Source of the DNA: a virus
Taxonomy: Duplodnaviria > Caudoviricetes
Direction: 5' to 3' (one strand)
Virus record (IMG/VR): IMGVR_UViG_3300018080_000180
Location: 368-64,367 of that record
DNA: 64,000 nucleotides
Shown here: one piece after another, positions 1-8,725 of the stretch
How positions within the stretch are numbered: position 1 is the stretch's first letter
Layout of the letters: each line of letters opens with the position of its first letter
The notes under the pieces: generated by a model
What the model saw: only the letters and a program-made list of their open reading frames with translations
Told to the model about the DNA's origin: nothing
Databases searched by the model: none
Program-made: the position numbers and the translations under genes

Positions 1-117
1 AGCAATCCCATCACTCTTACACGCAGCGAGGATCGCAACAAAAACCTTGAAAACCTCAGCCGATTCCATCATTAAAGAGCTTAAGAGGATATCTGAATCG
101 AGCTTCGTGAACCCCAT
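1..117 (-). CDS. Replication initiator-like protein, N-terminal part (runs off window start)
   Basis: ATG at 117 overlaps the upstream TGA; MGFTKLDSDILLSSLMMESAEVFKVFVAILAACKSDGIA resembles the N-terminus of phage replication-organiser proteins. Confidence 0.6.
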   Translation of the reverse strand, partial: MGFTKLDSDILLSSLMMESAEVFKVFVAILAACKSDGIA

Positions 118-308
118 CACTCGACCTCCTCTCTGGTAGCCTCAAAAATGTAAAAATTATCATCCGTGATGTCTTCACCATGAAGTTCATTCCCGATACT
201 AAGCACCTGATCTTCATAAATCCTAATATCTGGGTACGGGATACTAAACTTTGCCGCAATAAGAGATTTTACCTCTCCAACAGTAAACAGGAGTTTGTTA
301 GTGGGCAC
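117..308 (-). CDS. Hypothetical protein (63 aa)
   Basis: GGAGG SD before GTG; coupled to next gene. Confidence 0.7.
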   Translation of the reverse strand: MPTNKLLFTVGEVKSLIAAKFSIPYPDIRIYEDQVLSIGNELHGEDITDDNFYIFEATREEVE

Positions 309-327
309 AAATAACCTCCAATAGAAA

Positions 328-459
328 ATCCAACGGGCCGCACCGATGGCGCTCCGGGCAACAACAGAAACCCTTTGCTTTGGTACGACCCGTGGATGTA
401 ATTGCGTTCATGGAAGTCCTGTTGTTTGAGTTGGCGTCGGGGCCATTACCTCCCGACAC
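328..459 (-). ncRNA. Structured leader RNA (c4/CI-like antisense-leader candidate)
   Basis: ~16-bp stem 328-344/382-397, hairpin 434-459, internal complementarity AACAACAG/CTGTTGTT. Confidence 0.4.
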
Positions 460-463
460 TATC

Positions 464-492
464 AATCTACCATTGTCCAATCATCGTGTCAA
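464..492 (-). promoter_or_regulatory. Sigma70-type promoter
   Basis: TTGACA-17 bp-TAGATT with TGn extended -10. Confidence 0.6.
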
Positions 493-939
493 GTCCGCAT
501 CGATTGAATAAAAGTGAATCATCTCGATCTTGGCTACCGGCTCCCAGTCTTGCCAGTCGTCACGATCCCAACGACCACCATACATCGTCACGAACGGAGC
601 TTTATTCAGGCGTACAATCAGGTCACAGTCAACGAACCTCACTGCAAGCCACGCCGGCCTGTTGGTAAGCTCTTCAAGCCTCTTTGCTGCCAGCAGCTTG
701 TGCAAAGATATCATGTAGTCAGTGTACTTGGTCGACGCATTCTTCCGGCACTTGATCTCCATCCATGCCTTGACGTTGTGGTGCTTGTCGACCATCGCCA
801 CATCCAGCCCCCACTTAGTTGAGAGCTTGATCGGGCGCAGGCCGTTTATCTCTCCGAGCTCTACAGCAAACTCCTTCTCCCGGCGAAGATCTTCTTCCTT
901 CTCATACATCCGGCGCCTGCGTTCATGCGGCTGCATCAT
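481..939 (-). CDS. PD-(D/E)xK family nuclease
   Basis: LDVAMVD...WMEIKCR motif. Confidence 0.65.
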   Translation of the reverse strand: MMQPHERRRRMYEKEEDLRREKEFAVELGEINGLRPIKLSTKWGLDVAMVDKHHNVKAWMEIKCRKNASTKYTDYMISLHKLLAAKRLEELTNRPAWLAVRFVDCDLIVRLNKAPFVTMYGGRWDRDDWQDWEPVAKIEMIHFYSIDADLTR

Positions 940-956
940 AGATACTTCCTAATGAA

Positions 957-1032
957 GGGGAGACAGACGGGGTTCGAACCCGCGACCGCCGGACCCACAT
1001 TCCGGTGCTCTACCAACTGAGCTACTGCCTCC
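957..1032 (-). tRNA. tRNA-His (GUG)
   Basis: Full cloverleaf; G-1:C73 His identity; anticodon arm CCGGA-ATGTGGG-TCCGG; T-loop TTCGAAC; ends CC-T rather than CCA. Confidence 0.92.
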
Positions 1033-1052
1033 ATAACTGTCTCCACGTTTGA

Positions 1053-1451
1053 TCAGTACCGATCGTCGTATCCACCACGACCACGGTCGTCCCTGCGGCC
1101 ATAGTCCCGGTCCCGGCCACGGTCATCCCGGTCGTCGCTTCGAGGGGCAAAGCACTGCTTGTACACAGCCATTGCCGCTATCTCGACGCTCTTCCGGGGG
1201 TTGCCGTCACGGTCCTCCCAGCTATTGGTCTGTTTGCGGCCGTAAACGAGAACGGCGTCGCCCTTTTTCAGATTGGCCATTGCGGCATCGGCGGTGTACT
1301 TGAAGCACACCACGTCAGTGTATTCGACCTTCTGATCATCTCGCGGACCATAGTTGGTAGCGATAGAAAACTTGACGACATTCTTTTTTTCCCCGAAGGC
1401 CTCGGGATCTTTGGTCAGTCGACCACCAATGTTACAGCTGTTGATGTCCAT
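1053..1451 (-). CDS. ssb: Single-stranded DNA-binding protein
   Basis: IGGRLTKDPE, FSIATN, LKKGDAVLVYGR, WEDRDG OB-fold motifs. Confidence 0.92.
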   Translation of the reverse strand: MDINSCNIGGRLTKDPEAFGEKKNVVKFSIATNYGPRDDQKVEYTDVVCFKYTADAAMANLKKGDAVLVYGRKQTNSWEDRDGNPRKSVEIAAMAVYKQCFAPRSDDRDDRGRDRDYGRRDDRGRGGYDDRY

Positions 1452-1461
1452 GATTTTTCCT

Positions 1462-1896
1462 TTACCATTGACTGATTGTTGAAATGTCTACGGCGTTCGG
1501 GTCGGGGATGTAAGCCCCGAGCTCTATTGCCGCCCACGTTTTGATCTCCTCCATCTTTTCCTCCCACTCAGACGTTGTCCACTCTTCGAGCCTCGTGGAC
1601 CGAACAAACGGCATCCCGTTGTCGTCCAGATATACGAAAAACTTCGCCTGCAGGATTGCATGGACCTGATCGTTTTCGTATGGCGCATATCCGAGCGCAT
1701 CACCAATAATGGGGACAACCACTCCCCTGTAATATCTGTTCTGCTGGTTGCTCTTTTCCTTCCTCTGTTTACGTATGATACATTCCACGGCCGCATTCTC
1801 AGGAAACGTGGCGAGATACGCAGCCAAGCCGGCTGGATCTTCGGGCACGAATTCCCTGTTGGTGATCGTGCCCGGATATTTCAGATCGAAATTCAT
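1462..1896 (-). CDS. NinB-like recombination accessory protein
   Basis: KSNQQNRYY, VHAILQAKF, RST, C-terminal IPDPN. Confidence 0.7.
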   Translation of the reverse strand: MNFDLKYPGTITNREFVPEDPAGLAAYLATFPENAAVECIIRKQRKEKSNQQNRYYRGVVVPIIGDALGYAPYENDQVHAILQAKFFVYLDDNGMPFVRSTRLEEWTTSEWEEKMEEIKTWAAIELGAYIPDPNAVDISTISQW

Positions 1897-2735
1897 GACT
1901 TCGGTTTCGGAACTTTGTCGTCTTCGACGTCACGAAAGATCTTGCCGTAATCGATGATCTTGATATTTACCAGACCATCGTAGCCGTGCTTGTCCTGCAG
2001 CCACATACGCCAGCATTCAGGGTCCACGCTTTTTTCGGTAAGCAGCCCTGCCAGCTTCTCGACGTCCTCGCTCAGGATCAGGCCATAGTGGCGCTGGTAT
2101 GCGTCGTTGAGCTGCTTCTTGTCGTGGCCGGGTACTTCGATGTACCGGGGACCGGGGCCTTGCTCACGAGGCGCGGGAGGATCCTGACGGCGCTGTTGTG
2201 CCGGCGGATGATCGTTGCCCATCTCCATGGTATCGATCTCGGAGTCGATCTGCCCGGAGAACGGGATGCAGAACACCTGATTCAGGACGTACTTGTAGGC
2301 CGAGGTCATGGCCTTGTTGTACGCCTTGTCACTGGTGTCGTTCCCTGATCCGGTCACCTTGGCTTCGAGGAAGGTGCCGTCGGGACCATAGAAGGTGTAG
2401 GTAATCACGAGCTTGACAAACATCATCTTGCCGCCGTTCGCCCGTGGCTCGGTCCAGTGCTCCTCCTCCTCAACCGTCGGAACGATCAGGACTTGGTGCT
2501 TGGCCAGCAGCGGATTCAGGCTGTCGCAGACATCGTCGATCGATCGGTAGCTGTAATTCTGATCCTTGTTCTTGTGGCTCTTTTCCACGGGACCGATCTC
2601 TCCAAGGATGGAGAGGATTCGCTCCTGAATCGTTGGCGGCACACGCTTTGCGACGGTCGCCTTCGGTTCGGCCGGCTTACGGCTGCGGGTGGTCTTCGAC
2701 GCAGCCGCTTCTGTGGTTTCTTTCTTCTTGGTCAT
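1893..2735 (-). CDS. ERF-family single-strand annealing protein
   Basis: NYSYRSIDDV, GNDTSDKAYNKAMTSAYKYVL. Confidence 0.9.
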   Translation of the reverse strand: MTKKKETTEAAASKTTRSRKPAEPKATVAKRVPPTIQERILSILGEIGPVEKSHKNKDQNYSYRSIDDVCDSLNPLLAKHQVLIVPTVEEEEHWTEPRANGGKMMFVKLVITYTFYGPDGTFLEAKVTGSGNDTSDKAYNKAMTSAYKYVLNQVFCIPFSGQIDSEIDTMEMGNDHPPAQQRRQDPPAPREQGPGPRYIEVPGHDKKQLNDAYQRHYGLILSEDVEKLAGLLTEKSVDPECWRMWLQDKHGYDGLVNIKIIDYGKIFRDVEDDKVPKPKS

Positions 2736-2766
2736 GCCTGTCTACTTTCCTTTTCTACGTTCGGGA

Positions 2767-3717
2767 TTAAAGGTTTTTCCCGAAGGGGCAAAATTGTTTC
2801 GCATCGCAATAGTCTTCGCAGCGGGTGTTCCTTCCGGGGCGCTGCTCGACCGAGTGGCCCCTCCCGAGCTCCAGCGCGAGAGCCGTTGCGTCTGCTTCGT
2901 CGTTGAACACGCGAACAGCCGTCTTCCTTCCTTCCTTATTGACGGCGTAGGTTGTAGGTTTCGCCCACCGCTCTTCCGGGGTGCAGAACGGAAGCTCTTC
3001 GTCCGCGAGCTTACAGGCATTGAAGTGGACCCGGGAACGCGCAACAAGATATTCCTCGGTCGCTTCTTGCGTCCAGAGAGGAACCTTGATGCACTGCTGT
3101 GATGCTGGAGGGTAGTTCGTGTTGCCGGCCTTGCTCTTCTGAAAATCACGATAAAAAGTATTGATCTTCAGAGCATTCACCGGGAAGCCGAGCAGTCGAA
3201 ACGCAAACGCATAGCAGTTCAGCTGACGTTCCCACTCGGGCTTGGATCCACCGTCACTGTAAACGATGCTCCAGACCGAGGTGACCTTGTGGTCCTCGAC
3301 AACACCGTCGACCCCGTCATAACAGTCGGACTTGCCGGACACGTAATAACTGTTGGGGTCGTAGTTCTCGGTCTCCCAGAACTTTACGTTGCCGTCGACA
3401 GTGTAGAGCCGCTGCTTGACAAGGTCATAGAACCAGCGCTCTTCGCTGAGGCGCTCGGCGTTCGGGTTACCTTTAGCTGCAAGGCGCTCGACCGTGTTGT
3501 GGGCTGCGCTTCCAATGAACAGCCACGTAAACTCGGTGGCATCCTTAGCAATCTTGTCCCGGTGGCGATCGACGAGGATCTTGGGACGGGGGGCGTCGAT
3601 AAGCTGTGTTACCGACAGGACGTTGTCTGGTGCTTTGACCAGATCATACTCTTCGACATACGCCTTGATGGCATCCACCACTGTGGGCGACAGGTTAAAA
3701 TTGTTGGTGATTATCAT
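2767..3717 (-). CDS. PD-(D/E)xK exonuclease (RecB/Cas4-like), ERF partner
   Basis: GSAAH, VSGKSD, EDHKVT, QLNCY, C-terminal CxxYCxxxxFC. Confidence 0.8.
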   Translation of the reverse strand: MIITNNFNLSPTVVDAIKAYVEEYDLVKAPDNVLSVTQLIDAPRPKILVDRHRDKIAKDATEFTWLFIGSAAHNTVERLAAKGNPNAERLSEERWFYDLVKQRLYTVDGNVKFWETENYDPNSYYVSGKSDCYDGVDGVVEDHKVTSVWSIVYSDGGSKPEWERQLNCYAFAFRLLGFPVNALKINTFYRDFQKSKAGNTNYPPASQQCIKVPLWTQEATEEYLVARSRVHFNACKLADEELPFCTPEERWAKPTTYAVNKEGRKTAVRVFNDEADATALALELGRGHSVEQRPGRNTRCEDYCDAKQFCPFGKNL

Positions 3718-3935
3718 TGCTCCACTCCTTTGCGCGAGAGTGTTAAGGGTTTATTTGTGCAATAGGGACATCCCCTCAGCCGCCTCTGTGATCCGCACTT
3801 TTTACAGGTTGTCGCTTCCCAACGATCGGCCATCATGTCGACCATTCGCGGCTGACTCACCTTGTTTTTGGCAGCCAGCTTCTTTACCCGTTTCTGGGTA
3901 TCGATGTCGACTGATACGGTTGTCTGGTTGGCCAT
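3714..3935 (-). CDS. Ribbon-helix-helix-like DNA-binding protein with Zn finger (candidate repressor)
   Basis: TTVSVDIDTQKRVKKLAAKNKVSQPRMVD plus CKKC...CPYC; AAGGAGG SD. Confidence 0.6.
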   Translation of the reverse strand: MANQTTVSVDIDTQKRVKKLAAKNKVSQPRMVDMMADRWEATTCKKCGSQRRLRGCPYCTNKPLTLSRKGVEQ

Positions 3936-3960
3936 CTATCCTCCTTCGTGGTTGTTGTCA

Positions 3961-4085
3961 GGTCAGGCGACAGGGAGTCAAACCCTGCAATTTTTCACAG
4001 ACACGTCGGCCTGCTACACCTTTCGCCCGTCGGTTACTCAGTCACGGGGGATTCCCGTGTCCCTTACTCCCTTGGATACTGCCCG
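3961..4085 (-). ncRNA. tRNA-like RNA with enlarged central region
   Basis: Acceptor CGGGCAG/TCGCCTG-A-CC, T-arm CAGGG-TTTGACT-CCCTG, D-like TCC/GGA; lies just downstream of a promoter. Confidence 0.45.
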
Positions 4086-4099
4086 ATAGTCTCAATTAG

Positions 4100-4129
4100 A
4101 TTATACTTGATTCCCAATTGAGAGTCAAT
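4100..4129 (-). promoter_or_regulatory. Promoter with ATTGA-N3-TCAATTG operator
   Basis: TTGACT-17-TATAAT. Confidence 0.85.
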
Positions 4130-4134
4130 AGAAA

Positions 4135-4395
4135 TCAGACCGGCTGGAACCCTGTCAGACAGAGCCCCAGATCGTCCAGTTCGTACTCGATTTCCTGCCC
4201 GACAACCCTGCTCACATCGACTCCGTGTCCCGGGACAATGCAGCCGAAGCATGCATCCAGCGCCCGGATGAGCGGCCCGTCATCGGCGTGCAGCACCCCC
4301 AGCTCTCCGTTGTGGTCCTCGACCACCAGCGTGGCAATGCCGCTGCCCCAGCTGCCCCAGCTGGCCCTCAGTCCTTTAATAGTTGCGCGTGCCAT
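4135..4395 (-). CDS. Hypothetical protein (86 aa)
   Basis: AAGGAGG SD, clean ORF. Confidence 0.75.
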   Translation of the reverse strand: MARATIKGLRASWGSWGSGIATLVVEDHNGELGVLHADDGPLIRALDACFGCIVPGHGVDVSRVVGQEIEYELDDLGLCLTGFQPV

Positions 4396-4424
4396 CTCAG
4401 CCCTCCTTTTTATGGTTGTTCCCC

Positions 4425-6914
4425 TTATCCGTAGATCCGGGTGTAAAGTTCCTGCCCTAGCTGCCGGCGGTACTTCTTCAAGATCTTCTTGCCGACAACC
4501 GCCTGCTTGGGAGTCAGGCTCAGCTGGTGCGCAAGACTGTTGCCTATACGTGTATCGCAGCCGTTGTAGCCCACATCGTTGCGGAAGCTGGCATGATCAC
4601 TGTCGAACCCGGAGATGTACTTCAGGCCCTCATGGATTGCCTCTACGTCCGCCTTGGTGAGGCCCACGGCCTCCAGCGTGATCTGCTTCCGGGTCAGGTT
4701 GTTGGTGGTCGGCTGAGCGCCCGGGGTGACCGGCTCGGGCTCGACGACTTCGTCCAGCGCCCTGTCGATGACGGCCTGCTTGTTAACGATCGTCTTGGCA
4801 ATCGTGCAGTCGAGGCTCTCCTCCAGCACAAGGTGATAGATATTGACGCTATCCTTCTGGCCGATGCGGTGGCAGCGGTCCTCTGCCTGCGTGACATTCC
4901 CGGGAACCCAGTCGAGCTCCGTGAAGATGACCGTGGAGGCTGCGGTGAGCGTGAGGCCTACGCCGGCAGCCGTGATGGATCCGATGAAGACCTTGACCGC
5001 AGGATCCCTCTGGAAGCGATCCACGGCGTCCTGCCGGTCAGCTTGCGCCGTCTGCCCAGTCAGGACTACCGCAGAATCGCCAAAGGCCTGCTTGAGGCCT
5101 TTTACGACGTCATGGTGATGAGCGAACACCACCACCTTGTCGATGCTCTCCAGCTGCTCTTTGATGAAGTCGATGCACTGCGGGATCTTCTGGACCGCCG
5201 TGTCGTGCCGCAGCCTTGCGATCTCGGTGAAGGCTGCCGTGGCTGCGTGCCGCAGGAGCCTCACAGCGTCCTTGTATTCGCTTTCGTTGTCGGATGCCTT
5301 GGCCAGCTCCACATTGGCCTTGAGCTCCTCCAGCCGCGCTTCGTTGCGCTTCGAGGCCTCAATCTCGGCCCTGACCGCCCGGGCTCCCTCGCCATCGGCC
5401 GACAGCTCGATGACCGTCCGACGCTTTGCCGGGAGCTCCTTGAGCACGTCCTTCTTGAGACGACGGCAGAGGATGCTCTCGCGCAGCTTGTCCTGCAATT
5501 CTGTAAGGTTGCTGGCTTCGCTGAAGTCCCAGCCATAGCGGTTCTGATGAGCGTTGCAGTAGCGCTTCGCGTAAGCAAAAAAGTTGCTGAACAGGTCAGC
5601 CTTGAGGCTGCTCGCAAGAGTCCAGAGCTCAAGCGGCCGGTTGACGATCGGCGTCCCGGTGAGATACAGCCTCCGACTGGCCCGGATGCCCGGGAAGTGG
5701 AAGTTGCTGCGCTTGGTGGACCCAACTACCAGCTGGGTGCGCTTGGCCTTGCTGTTCTTCAGATAATGAGCCTCGTCAACACAAAGAATTGACCAGACAC
5801 CCGACTCAGATACATTTCTCCAACTAATGAGTATATCGTAATTAATTATCAAAACAAAAACAGGAGAACCACCATGGCCAGACCCGCAAGAGTAAGTGAC
5901 ACGCAACTCAGAAAACACTTTCAGCTTTTCAAAAAGGGACTGCGCGTACCTGAGGTTGCCAAGATGCTTGGCATCAGGGGAAGCACCTTGAGGTATCACT
6001 ACTTCAGAATCACGGGCAACAGACTGCGGCTTTTTAGGCGCCACCAGCCCGCGTTTGCTACCCCGAAGAGTGCCACCACTCTTGCCTACATGGCGGGATT
6101 TATCGACGGCGACGGGTGGATTACCATTACCAAAACTGCCGCCCAAATTGGAATTTCCAGCGTTGACAAATCGGTCGTTGATTTCTTTCTGAAATATGGG
6201 GGACTCTATAGTAGCCGACCGGGAAACAGCAGTGGAACAATCAAAGGGGCTCGAACCCAACACATGTGGAGAATAAGCAGAACCTTGGACGTCCTGAACG
6301 CCCTCATAGCCATTCGGCCCTACCTCGTTATTAAAAAGAGAAAGGCCGCTGAAACAATCCAGTACTGCAGGAGAAGGCTTTCCAGATGCAACAGCAGCAA
6401 CTAATGGGCGAGTGCTCCACTTGTCCAGCTCGCGTGCCCAGTTGATCTTCAGGGACGCCGGACAAACCACGAGGACTGTTTTGATCGACTTGTCGAGGTT
6501 GATAATTCCGCAGACCTGTATGGTCTTCCCGAGCCCGGGCTCGTCACCGAGGAGGGTCGAGGGCCGCTGGCTGATGTACTTGATTCCGGCCAGCTGGTAA
6601 GGAAGGTAGCTGAGGCCTTCTGGGGATGGGACAACGAAGTCGGCGCTGACCGAACGGCTGGCTTCGAGAGCCGCCTGTCGCTCCTCTTCAAGCGCCCTGA
6701 GCTCTTCCTGCAGCTCGGGGAGACAGTAGGGCAGGAGCTTGGCCGCCGTCTTAGGCTCCTTCGTGTACCAGACTCTCGCCTGTGGGTTCCACCAGAAGCC
6801 TGCCCCCTTCACGACATCCTTTTCGGAATAGTCGCTGCGAGCGACGAACACCTCCTGCTCGCTCTTGATGTACTTGGTCCAACCCTTCTGAACCGTTTCT
6901 CTGTATACCACCAT
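4425..6914 (-). CDS. SNF2/HARP-like helicase with ~175-aa insertion
   Basis: LGDEPGLGKT, VCPASL, INYDIL, DEAH, LTGTP, GVGLTL, QAEDRCHRIGQ; N-terminal DUF5710-like WNPQARVWY. Confidence 0.92.
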   Translation of the reverse strand: MVVYRETVQKGWTKYIKSEQEVFVARSDYSEKDVVKGAGFWWNPQARVWYTKEPKTAAKLLPYCLPELQEELRALEEERQAALEASRSVSADFVVPSPEGLSYLPYQLAGIKYISQRPSTLLGDEPGLGKTIQVCGIINLDKSIKTVLVVCPASLKINWARELDKWSTRPLVAAVASGKPSPAVLDCFSGLSLFNNEVGPNGYEGVQDVQGSAYSPHVLGSSPFDCSTAVSRSATIESPIFQKEINDRFVNAGNSNLGGSFGNGNPPVAVDKSRHVGKSGGTLRGSKRGLVAPKKPQSVARDSEVVIPQGASPDAKHLGNLRYAQSLFEKLKVFSELRVTYSCGSGHGGSPVFVLIINYDILISWRNVSESGVWSILCVDEAHYLKNSKAKRTQLVVGSTKRSNFHFPGIRASRRLYLTGTPIVNRPLELWTLASSLKADLFSNFFAYAKRYCNAHQNRYGWDFSEASNLTELQDKLRESILCRRLKKDVLKELPAKRRTVIELSADGEGARAVRAEIEASKRNEARLEELKANVELAKASDNESEYKDAVRLLRHAATAAFTEIARLRHDTAVQKIPQCIDFIKEQLESIDKVVVFAHHHDVVKGLKQAFGDSAVVLTGQTAQADRQDAVDRFQRDPAVKVFIGSITAAGVGLTLTAASTVIFTELDWVPGNVTQAEDRCHRIGQKDSVNIYHLVLEESLDCTIAKTIVNKQAVIDRALDEVVEPEPVTPGAQPTTNNLTRKQITLEAVGLTKADVEAIHEGLKYISGFDSDHASFRNDVGYNGCDTRIGNSLAHQLSLTPKQAVVGKKILKKYRRQLGQELYTRIYG
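5789..5816 (+). promoter_or_regulatory. Candidate promoter for the antisense endonuclease, inside helicase codons
   Basis: TTGACC-16-TACATT in an AT-rich patch; AGGAGA SD at 5862-5867. Confidence 0.5.
5874..6404 (+). mobile_element. HTH + single-motif LAGLIDADG homing endonuclease nested antisense in the helicase gene
   Basis: LAYMAGFIDGDGWI, QIGISSVDK, YGG, WRIS, IRPYLVIKKRKA; N-terminal HTH; own SD. Confidence 0.9.
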
Positions 6915-6939
6915 CTTGTGCCTCCCACCTTTTTCTTTA

Positions 6940-6970
6940 ATTATACATTGGTGGTCAATTGATTGTCAAT
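6940..6970 (-). promoter_or_regulatory. Promoter with ATTGA-N3-TCAATTG operator
   Basis: TTGACA-18-TATAAT upstream of helicase. Confidence 0.85.
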
Positions 6971-7186
6971 AGTTTTTTCTGGACAGAAGATGTGCTGCAA
7001 TTCGCCATCGATTATCGTGAACTTCTCACCCTTGGCAATAGGGGTGTCGCAGTTGGCGCACCCCCACTGCTTCGAGGCAACTAAAATCGTCTTGGCTGTC
7101 TTGAAGCGATCAGACACCTCGGCGTGTGTCTTGAAGAGTATTTTTAGCGTATACTCCTCGATATCGATCGCTGTGTGTTTACGCAT
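6941..7186 (-). CDS. Small Zn-finger protein
   Basis: CANC...HIFC; GGAG SD. Confidence 0.6.
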   Translation of the reverse strand: MRKHTAIDIEEYTLKILFKTHAEVSDRFKTAKTILVASKQWGCANCDTPIAKGEKFTIIDGELQHIFCPEKTIDNQLTTNV

Positions 7187-7616
7187 CCCACTCCTCCAGC
7201 GGGGTCACCCCGACTTTTTTGAAGACCGTACAATCCTTGCCATCGATTCCACCGAACTCGTACCGCGACCCCTCGCCAGCCTCATCCAGCAGCTTCTTCA
7301 CCTTTGCCGAGCTGGCGTCGGTGAGTTTGATCAGAAGCCCCTGAGCGCCCACCCGGGTGGCGATACGACACGTCTTATACTTCTTATCCCGAACCACTTC
7401 GAACGCATCCTCTGCCTTCAGGGTATCCGCAGGCTCCCTCTCGCACCACCATGCCGGCTTCCCTGTGGGGTTGCCATCGACATCAAAGATGGGTGTAAAG
7501 CACGTCCTGCTCGGGTCCGACAAACTGGCTGAGCGCCAGTAATTTACACCTCCGCGATCCCGGATCCAGCCACGGATCTTCGGGGCCATGTCAGCTGTGA
7601 TTGTTATCCTTGACAT
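7179..7616 (-). CDS. Hypothetical protein (145 aa, start MSRITI)
   Basis: AAGGAGG SD before ATG 7616. Confidence 0.7.
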   Translation of the reverse strand: MSRITITADMAPKIRGWIRDRGGVNYWRSASLSDPSRTCFTPIFDVDGNPTGKPAWWCEREPADTLKAEDAFEVVRDKKYKTCRIATRVGAQGLLIKLTDASSAKVKKLLDEAGEGSRYEFGGIDGKDCTVFKKVGVTPLEEWDA

Positions 7617-7782
7617 CCTTAGCCTCCTTTGGCCAGATTGCGTCGGCCAGCGCCTTGTATAAAAGTGAAAGATTCGTCTTGTCTTCTGCCGTGATCTCAT
7701 CTCCGACGATGGCCCGAGCAACAGCGTGGAAGGCCGGAATCGCGGCCTTCGAGTCCAGCCACACCACCGTCTCTTTACGCAT
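7591..7782 (-). CDS. Hypothetical protein (63 aa, MRKETVVW)
   Basis: TGATG coupling with upstream gene. Confidence 0.55.
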   Translation of the reverse strand: MRKETVVWLDSKAAIPAFHAVARAIVGDEITAEDKTNLSLLYKALADAIWPKEAKDVKDNNHS

Positions 7783-8693
7783 CACCCCCTTGCAGTTGCC
7801 AGCGCCTCGATCTCTCCGCGCTCGATCTCGTGGCACCCGATCTTCAGAGTACCGTTCACCGAGATTACGGTGTAGCCACCGATGTCGTAACCGTGGGTCA
7901 GCTTGCCACGTTGCAGGAGCTTGTATGCCACGATGGCTTCGCGTTCGGTGACCTCGGCGGAGTCGGACGTCTGGACCGCTGACTCTTCGCGCTTCCTTCC
8001 GTAACCGTCCTCGGTTACTACCCGCAAGAGCTGCGGCCTGAGCCCGTAGATTCTGACGTTGCCGCCAGCACGCCACCGCTCGATCTTCTCCTTCAGGGCC
8101 TCACGCTTCTTGGCGGCAGCCTCAGCCGCACGCTTCCGGAGCTTCGCACGGAGCTCTTCGAGGTCGGTTCCACTAAACTTTTCAGCCAGCTCGTCAACTG
8201 CCTTGAGATCATCGACCGCCTGCTCGCCAAGCTCGAATGCTTCAACATAAGCGTGAAACTTGTTTCGTTTGTCTTCAGCATAATTCAGTTTCCACTCGAA
8301 GTTCGACCGCGCCCGGGCAGCAGATTCGTACTGCTCGACACACTGCTGCCTAAACCACTCAATGACATTTTTGTGGCTGGCGGTGTCAGCATAACACGTC
8401 CGATAGCTTGCGCCATACCGATCAAACGGGACAACGAAGACACAGTAGTTTGCCGGGATTGCACCGCGCACAATGCCCTGATGCTGACTAGTGCTTACCG
8501 AATAGCTGGCAGCATTGAACAGGACAACTTCACGACCGCTTGGCGTCCGAGTAAACCGTGCGATCGGAAAGTGGCGACCATAAGAGTAGATGACATCACC
8601 CTCAAAAAAAATGTTCCCGGCACGCCCCTCTTCCTGCCTCTTGTTCGCCCAGTAGTGGGCGACCTCTGCATGGTTCCTTAACCTTTTCCGCAT
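7782..8693 (-). CDS. Conserved hypothetical early phage protein
   Basis: GAGGAGG SD; IYSYGRHFPIA and LKIGCHEI motifs; first gene after promoter. Confidence 0.85.
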   Translation of the reverse strand: MRKRLRNHAEVAHYWANKRQEEGRAGNIFFEGDVIYSYGRHFPIARFTRTPSGREVVLFNAASYSVSTSQHQGIVRGAIPANYCVFVVPFDRYGASYRTCYADTASHKNVIEWFRQQCVEQYESAARARSNFEWKLNYAEDKRNKFHAYVEAFELGEQAVDDLKAVDELAEKFSGTDLEELRAKLRKRAAEAAAKKREALKEKIERWRAGGNVRIYGLRPQLLRVVTEDGYGRKREESAVQTSDSAEVTEREAIVAYKLLQRGKLTHGYDIGGYTVISVNGTLKIGCHEIERGEIEALATARG

Positions 8694-8725
8694 ATCAAAC
8701 CTCCTCGGGTTGTGGTTTTATTTTA

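Noticed and set aside
298-480. 60-aa ORF
   Set aside because: Overlaps promoter and structured leader; TTG start without SD
4527-5792. Long plus-strand ORFs (also 9139-10152, 11288-13030, 40186-41358, 56591-57517)
   Set aside because: Antisense shadows of GC3-rich genes with no motifs or SD, unlike the LAGLIDADG ORF
5860-6370. Intein in the helicase (CFSG resembles block A)
   Set aside because: No C-terminal HN/HQ-C/S/T or block B; the segment is explained by the antisense endonuclease
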